A DNA stretch of 64,000 nucleotides from an uncultured Chloroflexia bacterium (GTDB lineage: Bacteria; Chloroflexota; Limnocylindria; Limnocylindrales; CSP1-4): contig CAVYBU010000003.1 in NCBI GenBank assembly GCA_963766735.1, positions 1 to 64,000 of the forward strand, in the 5' to 3' direction. Position 1 is the stretch's first letter. Every line of letters starts with the position of its first letter. Shown here piece by piece: positions 21,084 to 29,763 of this stretch. Made by a program: the position numbers and the translations under genes. Below the pieces are notes generated by a model. It had not been told where the DNA came from. It ran no database searches and saw only the letters and a program-made list of their open reading frames with translations.

Positions 21084-21728
21084 TCACACCGGCTCCCGGT
21101 CGGGTCCGACAGCGGCGGACACGGCGAACAGGGCCACGGAGGCGGCCCCAGCGGCGCGGCGGCGCCGGCGGCCGCGGCGGCGGCGTCCGACGCTCCGAAC
21201 GGTCGCCACGACCAGGCCGGATGTGACGCCAGCCCCGCCGCCCGATGCAACGAGGGCCGGCAAACCCGAATCGAGGTCCGGCGATGCGGCAGTCGGCCCC
21301 GGCAGGAGTTCCGCCGGCGGCGTGACCAGGCCGTGGAGGCGCGGTGGCGTGCTCTGGCCGGTGGAGCCGGTCAAGTCCTCGATCAGGGCCATCCGTCCGA
21401 ACTTGAGCATCAGCATCCGGAAGTCCCGCGCATAGAACAGCTTGATGCGGATGTCCGGGTACAGCTCACGCAGGCGGCGCATCTTGCGGTTCTTCTTGCG
21501 GACCAGCTTCTGCTTCAGCGTGGTCAGCTCCACGTAGAGCTCCATGTCCGGCAGGTAGAAGTCCGGCGAGAAGCTCTCGACCACATCGCCGTCCAGGTTC
21601 CATCCGATCGGGAAGGTGTCGGGCTCGTATCGCCAACGGACCTGGTAGAAGTCCAGGATCCGTGCCAGCTCCGCTTCGCTGGCGTGCGCAAAAGCGGGGT
21701 GGGCGATCGCGCGTGTCGCGGCCGTCAC
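21084..21728 (-). CDS. PD-(D/E)XK-like (endonuclease I-like) conserved protein
   Basis: FAHASEAELARILD, WRYEP, FSPDFYLP..LYVELTT. Confidence 0.75.
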   Translation of the reverse strand: MTAATRAIAHPAFAHASEAELARILDFYQVRWRYEPDTFPIGWNLDGDVVESFSPDFYLPDMELYVELTTLKQKLVRKKNRKMRRLRELYPDIRIKLFYARDFRMLMLKFGRMALIEDLTGSTGQSTPPRLHGLVTPPAELLPGPTAASPDLDSGLPALVASGGGAGVTSGLVVATVRSVGRRRRGRRRRRAAGAASVALFAVSAAVGPDREPV

Positions 21729-21909
21729 GCGTTGGCCCCGGGCCCGTCGGGGCGACCGGACTGCGGGCGGGGGACACCCGGAGCCGCCGCTCCACACGAG
21801 GTGAGGTCGGCCCCGGTGAGGCGCGCCCGGCATCCGCGATGATCCATCGCGGGTCAGTCTACCGACTCTGGACCCAGAACAGATCGCGGGCATTGGTCCG
21901 GCGTTGAAT

Positions 21910-21926
21910 ATACCCCCATGGGGTAT
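21910..21926. promoter_or_regulatory. CsoR operator overlapping a TATCAT -10
   Basis: ATACCCC-CAT-GGGGTAT inverted repeat with the C/G tracts typical of CsoR boxes, just upstream of csoR. Confidence 0.8.
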
Positions 21927-21935
21927 CATCGAGCC

Positions 21936-22295
21936 ATGGGCGAAACAACCTCCCGGCCGGCGGCGGCGCACGGTGCCGACCACGCGACATTCAGGCACAG
22001 CTACAGCAAGGACAAGGCCCACCTGGTGCGGCGGCTCAGCCGCATCGAGGGCCAGGTCCGGGGCATCGCGCGCATGATCGAGCGCGAGGAATACTGCGTG
22101 GACATCCTCCAGCAGACAGCCGCCCTGCGGGCCGCCCTGGACGCCGTGTCGATCCTGATCCTCGAGGACCACGTCCAGGGTTGCGTCCGGACGGCCGCCG
22201 AGCGCGGCGAGGCGGACAAGTACGTGGGCGAGGTGATCGACGTGGTCCGGCGGACGCTCGGGCGGCCGGTGCGAGGGACGAAGAGCCCCGGCTGA
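21936..22295 (+). CDS. csoR: CsoR/RcnR-family metal-sensing repressor (x-C-H-C, Cu(I) type)
   Basis: RRLSRIEGQVRGI, YCVDIL, HVQGC. Confidence 0.9.
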   Translation: MGETTSRPAAAHGADHATFRHSYSKDKAHLVRRLSRIEGQVRGIARMIEREEYCVDILQQTAALRAALDAVSILILEDHVQGCVRTAAERGEADKYVGEVIDVVRRTLGRPVRGTKSPG

Positions 22296-22313
22296 CGGTT
22301 CCGGGATCGCGGG

Positions 22314-22353
22314 TTATCCACAACTCGCGCCCGCGGCAACGAATTGTGGACAA
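22314..22353. promoter_or_regulatory. Pair of inverted DnaA boxes
   Basis: TTATCCACA at 22314-22322 and TGTGGACAA (=TTGTCCACA) at 22345-22353. Confidence 0.7.
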
Positions 22354-22359
22354 GAGGTC

Positions 22360-22388
22360 TTGACGCCCACCCGGCCCGGGCCTAACGT
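22360..22388 (+). promoter_or_regulatory. Sigma70-type promoter upstream of the rsmG leader
   Basis: TTGACG-N17-TAACGT. Confidence 0.6.
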
Positions 22389-22390
22389 CC

Positions 22391-22550
22391 GCACTCCGCA
22401 CAAGGCGTGCGCGCACCGGGGAACGTCATCCGAGAGGGGCCACGGGGAGACCCGGGCCAGAACCGGACCGGATGACGCCAGACCGCGTCGACGCCCGCCC
22501 CGTGCGCACTCGTCGACGCCGGGAGCGGCTCCCGGACGAACCGGTGCACG
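22391..22550 (+). ncRNA. Candidate structured RNA leader (unassigned family)
   Basis: Four nested perfect stems of 7-9 bp and a GAGA tetraloop; see findings. Confidence 0.45.
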
Positions 22551-22566
22551 ACCACAGGAGGGTGCC

Positions 22567-23337
22567 CTGGATCGCCCGAGAGATCCGCTCCCGACGCGCG
22601 TCACGGACCTCCCGCCACTCCCAGCGGCGTATGAGGACACCCTGGCGGCGGGTTTGGAGGCTCTGGGTCTCCAGCTCGATCCGGACGTCCGGGCCGCCAT
22701 CGACGGCCACGCGCGCCTGCTCCTCGCCTGGACTGAGGCCATCAACCTGACGGCCATCCGCGACCCGGCGGGCGTCGCCCGTCTCCACGTCCTGGACAGC
22801 CTGGCGGCCGTACCTCTGCTGGCCGGCCGCGTGACGGGCCTCCTCGACCTCGGCAGCGGCGGCGGCTACCCCGGCCTCCCCCTCTCCGCGGCACTGCGGC
22901 CGACCCGGACCCTGCTCGTCGACTCGGTCGCCAAGAAGGTCGGGTTCCTGCGCACGGTCGTGGAGGCGACCGGCCTGGCCGATCGGGTGGCCGCGGAGAG
23001 CGTCCGCGGGGAGGCGCTCGCGCGGGATCCCCGCGACCGCGAGGCGTGGGGCGTCGTGACCGCCCGTGCCGTCACCGACCTGGCCGGGCTGGTCGAGATA
23101 GCGCTCCCGCTCGTGGCCCCCGGCGGCATCCTCATGGCCTGGAAGCAGGAGCCCCTGGAGGACGAGCTGACGGCGGCGGCCCCGGTCTTCCGGGCCCTTC
23201 GAGCGGGCCGGGTGACCGTCCACGAGACGGCCGTGCCGGGACTGGAGAAGCACCGGCTCGTCGTCATCCCGCGCGGCGGCTCCATCGACGGGCGCTACCC
23301 GAGGGATCCCGCCGAGCGCCGGCGCCGCCAATTGTGA
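22567..23337 (+). CDS. rsmG: 16S rRNA m7G527 methyltransferase
   Basis: WTEAINLTAIRD, HVLDSL, DLGSGGGYPG, DSVAKK, TARAV. Probable CTG start 5 nt after AGGAGG. Confidence 0.92.
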   Translation: MDRPRDPLPTRVTDLPPLPAAYEDTLAAGLEALGLQLDPDVRAAIDGHARLLLAWTEAINLTAIRDPAGVARLHVLDSLAAVPLLAGRVTGLLDLGSGGGYPGLPLSAALRPTRTLLVDSVAKKVGFLRTVVEATGLADRVAAESVRGEALARDPRDREAWGVVTARAVTDLAGLVEIALPLVAPGGILMAWKQEPLEDELTAAAPVFRALRAGRVTVHETAVPGLEKHRLVVIPRGGSIDGRYPRDPAERRRRQL

Positions 23338-23380
23338 AGTCGCGCCTTGCCGCCGTGCCCTGCTGCGCTACCCTGCCTCA

Positions 23381-24103
23381 GTGCGCGTTGCCGTGCTCTC
23401 CGACATCCATGCGAACATCGCCGCCCTGAACGCCGTGCTCGCCGCCGTCCCGTCCGTGGACGAGGTCTGGCAGCTGGGCGACATCGTCGGTTACGGTCCG
23501 GAACCCGACGAGGTGGTGGCGCGCCTGAGGGAGGTCGGCGCGCTTGGCGTCCGAGGCAACCATGACGCCGCGGCGGTCGGCGGACCGGAGATCGACTCGT
23601 TCAACGTGGACGCACGCAACGCGATGCTGTGGACACGCGCGACGATCGGCGACGACACGCTGGCCTGGCTCGGAGCACTGCCGGAACGCCTCGAGCGGGA
23701 GGGGTTCACCCTGGTTCACGGCAGCCCGCGGGACCCGATCTGGGAGTACGTCACCTCCACTCCAGTGGCACGGGCGGCGATCGCCGCGATGGACACGCCG
23801 GGTGGCCTGCATGGGCACACACACATCCCGATCGCCTATCTCGAGGACGACGGACGCCTGGAGACGATGAGCCCCGGCGCCGGCTCCCGGATCGCCTTCG
23901 AGGGCCGCAGGGTGCTCCTCAATCCGGGCAGCGTCGGCCAGCCGCGTGACGGCATCCCTGCAGCGTCGTGGATGCTCCTCGACACGGACGATGGCTCAGC
24001 AACCTGGCAGCGCACGGCCTACGACGTGAGCATCGTCCAGGCCGCGATGAGCCGGGTCGGCCTCCCGGAGCGGCTCGTGGCGCGCCTGGCGTACGGCCTC
24101 TAG
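23381..24103 (+). CDS. Calcineurin-like metallophosphoesterase
   Basis: SDIHAN, GDIVGYG, RGNHD, HGSP, GHTH, NPGSVGQPRD. Confidence 0.92.
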   Translation: MRVAVLSDIHANIAALNAVLAAVPSVDEVWQLGDIVGYGPEPDEVVARLREVGALGVRGNHDAAAVGGPEIDSFNVDARNAMLWTRATIGDDTLAWLGALPERLEREGFTLVHGSPRDPIWEYVTSTPVARAAIAAMDTPGGLHGHTHIPIAYLEDDGRLETMSPGAGSRIAFEGRRVLLNPGSVGQPRDGIPAASWMLLDTDDGSATWQRTAYDVSIVQAAMSRVGLPERLVARLAYGL

Positions 24104-24105
24104 CC

Positions 24106-26274
24106 GTGATCGGCGGACGCAGGCCCATCTCCGGCCGCAAGCCCGGCGACAAGCGGATCCGGGTCGAGCGGCATCACTCGCCGTACTTCCGGTACACCGG
24201 TCCGGGTCAGCTCACGGCCAAGGCCGCGGCCAGCGCGCCCACGACGGCGACGGGCCGCTTCACCGCCCGAGTGAAGCACGGGCTCCTGGGGCGGCCGCTC
24301 GCGAACGAGGAGGAGCTCGGCGAGAGGCTGCCGAAGAGGAAGGCCCTCGCGATCTTCAGCTCGGACGCGATCTCGTCGTCGGCCTACGCCACCGAGGAGA
24401 TCCTGCTCGCGTTCATGCTGGCCGGAGTGGGTGGGCTTGCCTTCAGCCTGTCGGTCGAGGTCAGCATCGCGATCGCGGTCCTGCTCGGGATCGTTGCCTT
24501 CAGCTATCGCCAGGTCTGCATCGCCTACCCCACGGGCGGCGGCTCCTACTCGGTGTCGAAGGCGAACTTCGGCCGGCTCGCGTCGCTCATCGCCGCTTCG
24601 GCGCTGCTCATCGACTACACGCTCACGGTCGCGGTCTCCACCTCGTCCGCCGTCGAGCAGATCGCCTCCGCGTTCCCCGGCATGCACGACTGGAAGGTGG
24701 TCATCGGGGTGGTGGCGATCGGCCTGATCACCCTGGGCAACCTGCGGGGCATGCGCGAGGCCGGCAACATCTTCGCGATCCCGACCTACCTGTTCCTCGG
24801 CGGCGCGTTCCTCATGATCGGCATGGGAACGTACCGGATCCTGTTCACAGGTGACACCGGCCCGGCGCCCACCCCCGAGGTGATCGCGGTCATGTCCGAG
24901 ACCGCCCAGAACGTGACGATCCTCATCCTGCTCCGGGCGTTTGCATCCGGCGCCGTCGCCCTCACCGGGACCGAGGCGATCGCGACCGGGGTGCCGGCGT
25001 TCAAGCCGCCCGAGGCCAGGAACGCGGCCCGGACGCTGATGGTGATGGCCGTGATCCTGGCGATCCTGTTCATCGGCATGACGTACCTGGCCGCGGGCTT
25101 CCACATCCTGCCGGCCCCGGGCCAGACCGTCATCGCGCAGATCGCCAATCACGTCTATGGCGACACGGTGGCGTTCTACCTGTTCCAGGTGTTCACCGCG
25201 TTGCTGCTGTTCCTCGCGGCCAACACCTCGTTCGCAGCGTTCCCGCGGCTGGCGGCCGTTCTCGCCGAGGATGGCTTCATCCCGCGCCAGTTCGCGTTCC
25301 GCGGCGACCGGCTCGCCTACTCCGCCGGGATCATCATCCTGGGCGCCATCGCGGCGCTGGTGGTGGTCGCCGGCGGCGGCTCCACCCACGCGCTGATCCC
25401 GCTGTACGCGGTGGGCGTGTTCATCGACTTCACGATCTCCCAGTCCGGCATGGTTCGCCACTGGCTGCGCACCAGGGACCAGGGCTGGCGCCACCGGCTG
25501 GTCATCAATGCGACGGGTGCTGTGCTGACGGGTGTGATTGCGGTCGTCGTCACCTCGGTCAAGTTCACGGCCGGAGCGTGGTTCGTCATCGTCCTGATCC
25601 CCACCCTGGTTGGCGTGATGCTGTTCATCCATCGCCAGTACGTGGGCCAGGCCGGGGAGCTCGCGGTCCGCGACGACCTTGTCTTCGACCAGCCGCACCG
25701 GGAGCAGCGGGTGGTGATCCCGGTCAACGGGATCAATCGCTCCGTCGTCCAGGCCGTGGTGTTCGGTCGCGCGCTCGCGAGCGATCCGTCGCTGCTGCAG
25801 GCGGTGTTCGTGACCACCGAGATCGAGGCCGCTGCGCACCTTCGGGAACGCTGGGAGCGCCAGCTCCCGGGCGTGCCGCTGGTCGTGGTCGAGTCGCCGT
25901 ACCGGGCGCTGGTTGGCCCGGTGGTCACCTACCTCGACGTGCTCGACATGGCGTGGCCGCCGGGCAAGGAGGCCCCAACCACGATCGTGGTCCTGCCCGA
26001 GTACGTCGCGCGGCACTGGTGGGACCGGATGCTCTACAACCAGCAGGCCAGGCGCCTGAAGGCGGCGCTCGTCGGCCGGGAGCACACGGTCATCGCGGAT
26101 GTGCCGTATCGTCGCAGCGATCACAGCAGCGATCACAGAGCGATCACAGCAGCGAGTAGCCGCCCAGCGTTCCTCACGAGGTCGCTCGAAACGTGCTCGC
26201 GGTCTACATCAGCGATGACCCCGAGTCCACGGCCGCCATGCGCGAGCGCTGGGAGCGGCAGGTCCCGGGCGTGA
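24106..26274 (+). CDS. kimA: APC-family KimA/YdaO-like potassium transporter (3' end garbled)
   Basis: SSDAISSSAYATEE, YPTGGGSY, LTGTEAI, FPRL, LIPLYAVGVF, ESPYR. Homology ends at DVPYRR (~26115). Confidence 0.85.
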   Translation: MIGGRRPISGRKPGDKRIRVERHHSPYFRYTGPGQLTAKAAASAPTTATGRFTARVKHGLLGRPLANEEELGERLPKRKALAIFSSDAISSSAYATEEILLAFMLAGVGGLAFSLSVEVSIAIAVLLGIVAFSYRQVCIAYPTGGGSYSVSKANFGRLASLIAASALLIDYTLTVAVSTSSAVEQIASAFPGMHDWKVVIGVVAIGLITLGNLRGMREAGNIFAIPTYLFLGGAFLMIGMGTYRILFTGDTGPAPTPEVIAVMSETAQNVTILILLRAFASGAVALTGTEAIATGVPAFKPPEARNAARTLMVMAVILAILFIGMTYLAAGFHILPAPGQTVIAQIANHVYGDTVAFYLFQVFTALLLFLAANTSFAAFPRLAAVLAEDGFIPRQFAFRGDRLAYSAGIIILGAIAALVVVAGGGSTHALIPLYAVGVFIDFTISQSGMVRHWLRTRDQGWRHRLVINATGAVLTGVIAVVVTSVKFTAGAWFVIVLIPTLVGVMLFIHRQYVGQAGELAVRDDLVFDQPHREQRVVIPVNGINRSVVQAVVFGRALASDPSLLQAVFVTTEIEAAAHLRERWERQLPGVPLVVVESPYRALVGPVVTYLDVLDMAWPPGKEAPTTIVVLPEYVARHWWDRMLYNQQARRLKAALVGREHTVIADVPYRRSDHSSDHRAITAASSRPAFLTRSLETCSRSTSAMTPSPRPPCASAGSGRSRA

Positions 26275-26590
26275 CGCTGGTGATCGTCGAGTCCCCCTAC
26301 CGCGCACTGTCGGGCCCCTTCATGGCATACCTCGACGTCCTGGACCGAGCCTGGCCCCCGGCAAGCCGGCGCCGACAACCTTCGTCGTCATCCCCGAGTA
26401 CGTCGCCCGCCACTGGTGGGAGCGCATCCTCTACAACCAGTCAGCGCGCCGGCTGCGGACGAACCTCCTCGGTCGCCCGCACACCGTCGTGGTGGACGTC
26501 CCCTACCGGCGCGACGAGCCGCGGAGGTTCGGCCAGGACGAGCCCGAAGCCGGGCCCGAGCCCGACGACCGAACGGCGGTCGCGCACTGA
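26193..26590 (+). pseudogene. Orphan second copy of the KimA cytoplasmic domain, with a 1-nt frameshift at ~26360
   Basis: RERWERQVPG..ESPYRAL..YLDVLD, then shifted frame PEYVARHWWERILYNQ..DVPYRR; diverged from the first copy. Confidence 0.75.
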
Positions 26591-26688
26591 TCGCACGGGT
26601 CCGGTGGTATCGTGACGCGTCGCGGCGACCGGCCGGGCACCGTGCCTGACGCGCCGGACAACGCGCATGGCAGGAGGCTCCTGAGCTC

Positions 26689-27147
26689 GTGGCCGAGTCG
26701 TCGGCACCCCAATTCCGGCGTGCCGTCATCGCCCTGGCGGGCGGGCGGACGGATCGTCCCATCGTCTCCCTGGCGGCCGAGGTCGCGAAGGCCGGCAAGG
26801 CCGAGCTGATCGGCGTCCATGTCGTCGAGATCGACTGGACGCTGCCGCTGGATGCCGATGTCGCCGGTCACTCGGAGGACGCACAGCGCGTCCTGGACAT
26901 CGCCGAGGCCACCGCCGAGGCCGCGCGATACCGCCTGGAGCCGGTCCTTCTCCAGGCGCGCGACGTGGGTGCTGCCATCGTGGACGAGGCCAGCGAAAGG
27001 GAGGCAGACCTGATCATCGTTGGCCTCCCGTTCCGGCGCCGGTTCGGGGGCGACTTCACCATCGGCGCGACCATCCCGTACGTCCTGAAGAACGCCCCGT
27101 GCGCGGTCTGGGTCATCCGTGAAGCGATGCCCGAGGAGCAAGCATGA
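26689..27147 (+). CDS. Universal stress protein
   Basis: AIVDEA..ADLIIVG, GATIPYVLKNAPCAVWV. Confidence 0.9.
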   Translation: MAESSAPQFRRAVIALAGGRTDRPIVSLAAEVAKAGKAELIGVHVVEIDWTLPLDADVAGHSEDAQRVLDIAEATAEAARYRLEPVLLQARDVGAAIVDEASEREADLIIVGLPFRRRFGGDFTIGATIPYVLKNAPCAVWVIREAMPEEQA

Positions 27148-27653
27148 AAGTCGTGATCATCGGCTGTGGTCGAGTCGGGGCCGGTGTGGCCGACGAGCTC
27201 GATCGCGCCGGCTGGCAGGTCCTGATCATCGATCGGGCATCGGCCGCCTTCGACCGTCTTCCGTCGGGGTTCGGCGGGACCGCGCTCCGCGGTGACGGCA
27301 CCGACGAGGACACCCTGCGCCACGCCGGAGCCGAGGGCGCGGACCTGTTCCTCGCGCTGACCGAGGGGGACAACCGCAATATCATGGCCTCGCAGCTGGG
27401 CATCGAGGCGCTTGGTGCCCGGCAGACGATAGCCAAGGTCAACGACCCGGTGAGAGCCGAGGCGTACGCCCTCCTGGGGATCGCCACCCTCTGCCGCACC
27501 AACCTGATGATGTCCGCTGTGCTGGGCCACCTGGGTCAGGCGGCGCCTGCCCACCCGGGAATCCACGCCCCGGACAAGCCCCACTCGCACCCGGACGGCG
27601 CGGCGGTCGGCACTGTGGTCGCGGGCGGCCCCGTCACCACGACGGAGGTCTGA
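27144..27653 (+). CDS. trkA: TrkA-family RCK_N-only protein (CeoB-like)
   Basis: IIGCGRVG, GDGTDED, TEGDNRN. Confidence 0.88.
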   Translation: MKVVIIGCGRVGAGVADELDRAGWQVLIIDRASAAFDRLPSGFGGTALRGDGTDEDTLRHAGAEGADLFLALTEGDNRNIMASQLGIEALGARQTIAKVNDPVRAEAYALLGIATLCRTNLMMSAVLGHLGQAAPAHPGIHAPDKPHSHPDGAAVGTVVAGGPVTTTEV

Positions 27654-27656
27654 GCG

Positions 27657-28328
27657 ATGTTCGTGCTGGTCGTTGGGGGCGGCAAGGTCGGGTACTACCT
27701 GACCAAGGAGCTGATCGATTCAGGGCACGAGGTCGCCCTGATGGAGAAGGACCGGGCGCGCGCGGAGCAGATCCGCGACGAGATCGGTTCCGTGGTGATC
27801 GCGCAGGACGGGTGCGAGGGCAAGTACCTCAACGAAGCCGGCGCCAACCGGGCGGACATCGTGGCGGCGGTCACCGGCGATGACGAGGACAACCTCGTCA
27901 TCTGCCAGATGGCCAAGCACCACTTCGACGTGCCGCGCACGATCGCTCGCGTCAACAACCCGAAGAACGAGCACCTGTTCCGCCACCTGGGCGTGGACGA
28001 GATCATCAGTCCCACCCGGATGATCCTGGGCTCCATCGAGCAGGACATCCCGGTCCACGAGCTGCTGCACCTCGCGGCACTGGGTGTCGGGGAGCTGGAG
28101 ATCATCGAGGCACACCTGCAGCCCGGTTCGCCGGCGATCGGGCGCGTCGCGCTGGATCTCACCATCCCGGGTGGATGCTCGCTGTTCGGTGTCATCCGGG
28201 CTGGCGTGCCCACGCCGCTCGGGCCGGACACGGTCCTGGCCGATGGCGACAAGGTGATCGCGATCGGGCGACCGGACTGCGAGGCGGCTCTGCGCGCGCA
28301 ACTGATCGGGGAGTTCGCGGAGGCCTGA
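27657..28328 (+). CDS. trkA: TrkA-family RCK_N + RCK_C protein (CeoC-like)
   Basis: VGGGKVG, TGDDEDNL, ARVNNPKN, C-terminal RCK_C. Confidence 0.92.
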   Translation: MFVLVVGGGKVGYYLTKELIDSGHEVALMEKDRARAEQIRDEIGSVVIAQDGCEGKYLNEAGANRADIVAAVTGDDEDNLVICQMAKHHFDVPRTIARVNNPKNEHLFRHLGVDEIISPTRMILGSIEQDIPVHELLHLAALGVGELEIIEAHLQPGSPAIGRVALDLTIPGGCSLFGVIRAGVPTPLGPDTVLADGDKVIAIGRPDCEAALRAQLIGEFAEA

Positions 28329-28612
28329 TGCGGCTTGCGCTGCGGCGGCGGGCCCCGGAGGGGCTGGGCTTGGGCTGCGCTGACTGACACCGTGCCTCGC
28401 CCGCACCTCGCGCGGCAGTCCTCCGGCCCCCCTGTCCGGGCCGCGTCTGCTGACGCTGCGCCGCACCGGCAACACCGTCACAACGCGCACGCCCGCACGC
28501 GGCGGGCGGCGTGAAGGGTGCTGCGAAGGCCGACGCGGTTGCGGCGACGGCCCACGATCCCGACAGGTCCGTTCGTGCAGACCAGGATTGCGACATTGTT
28601 ATGGACACTTAT

Positions 28613-28643
28613 CTTGACAATGTCATTGTCAAGGTTCTACCCT
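28613..28643 (+). promoter_or_regulatory. HAIR-like HspR operator over a sigma70 promoter
   Basis: Perfect inverted repeat CTTGACAATG-T-CATTGTCAAG (28613-28633) containing -35 TTGACA, then N18 and TACCCT. Confidence 0.75.
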
Positions 28644-28742
28644 CCTGACTGCCAACTCGGGCGGCCAATTCGCCCGGTCGGCGACCACCCAACCGCAGCC
28701 GGTGGCGGAGAGCCACCGGTCGATCTGCAGGAGGTTCGACAG

Positions 28743-29249
28743 ATGACGCTCGTTCGCCGCACGTCGCCCTTCAGCGAGCTTGTGACGCTTCGCCGGGCGA
28801 TGGACCATCTCTTTGACGACACGGTGTTCCGACCGTTCTCGGCCGCATCCGACAGTGGCGATGCCCACCTCCCTCTCGACGTTCGGACCACCCCGGACGC
28901 GCTCCTGGTGGAGGCGGCCCTGCCTGGCATGAGCCCCGACGACGTCGACATCACGGTCGAGAACAACACCCTCACCATTCGCGCGGAGGACAGCGCGAGT
29001 CACACAGCCGAGGAATCGGGTTGGCTCGTGCGCGAGATCTCCCGGGGCAGCGTGATGCGGACGGTGACCCTGCCCACAGGACTTGAGGCCGAGAGAGCGG
29101 AGGCCACGTTCGAGCATGGCATGCTCCGGCTCCGCATCCCCAGGGCCGAGCAGGTGAAGCCCCGCCAGATCCAGATCCGACCGGTGACCCCGGACGAGGG
29201 GAAGGCCGTCGGGGCCGGTACCCTCCCCGCGGACGCACCGGAGGCCTGA
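28743..29249 (+). CDS. Small heat shock protein Hsp20
   Basis: LPG..PDDVDITVENNTLTI, RE...G...R.VTLP, ATFEHGMLRLRIP; RBS AGGAGG. Confidence 0.95.
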   Translation: MTLVRRTSPFSELVTLRRAMDHLFDDTVFRPFSAASDSGDAHLPLDVRTTPDALLVEAALPGMSPDDVDITVENNTLTIRAEDSASHTAEESGWLVREISRGSVMRTVTLPTGLEAERAEATFEHGMLRLRIPRAEQVKPRQIQIRPVTPDEGKAVGAGTLPADAPEA

Positions 29250-29252
29250 CCG

Positions 29253-29669
29253 ATGGCAGCCGCGCGCCGGCCTGACCGGGACGCCACCCGTCCCGTCTAT
29301 GTCATCAGCGTCGCCGCGACCCTGGTCTCGGCACACCCGAGGACGCTGCGGATCTACGAGGACGAGGGCCTGGTCTGCCCGGCGCGCACCCCCACCAACA
29401 TCCGCCTCTACTCGGAGGAGGACATCCGTCGGATCCTGTGGATCCGACACCTGACCCGTGATCGCGGCGTCAACCTTGCCGGGGTCCGCACCCTGTTCGA
29501 GCTCGAGGAGCGACTCGGCAAGAGGATCCTCGAGGCCCTCTATGACGAGGGGATACGGGAGCAGCGGGCCGAAGCCGAGGCGGCAGCGGCGGCGGACAGT
29601 CGCGCGGCAGCCACCCCCAAGGCCCCCAAGGCCACTGATACCCATGACACCCCGGGAAAGCGGGCCTGA
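29253..29669 (+). CDS. hspR: MerR-family heat-shock repressor HspR
   Basis: VYVISVAATLVSAHPRTLRIYE..GL..P.R, RLYS, GVNLAGV. Confidence 0.9.
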   Translation: MAAARRPDRDATRPVYVISVAATLVSAHPRTLRIYEDEGLVCPARTPTNIRLYSEEDIRRILWIRHLTRDRGVNLAGVRTLFELEERLGKRILEALYDEGIREQRAEAEAAAAADSRAAATPKAPKATDTHDTPGKRA

Positions 29670-29763
29670 CGCCCGGATCCCACGCCATGACAACAGACCG
29701 AATTCGTAGCAAGCACCGAACCGTCGTGCCGGGCCAGCCGGGCGACATCGCAAGGAGACCCTG

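Noticed and set aside
22300-22400. oriC
   Set aside because: Only two DnaA boxes, with no AT-rich unwinding region and no dnaA or dnaN nearby.
26116-26156. AGCGATCACAG repeats as a mini CRISPR or regulatory array
   Set aside because: 11-bp units with 0-1 nt gaps, no spacers and no cas genes; they sit at a suspect junction.
28328-28387. 19-codon ORF coupled to the trkA stop (MRLALRRRAPEGLGLGCAD)
   Set aside because: Too short and featureless to support.
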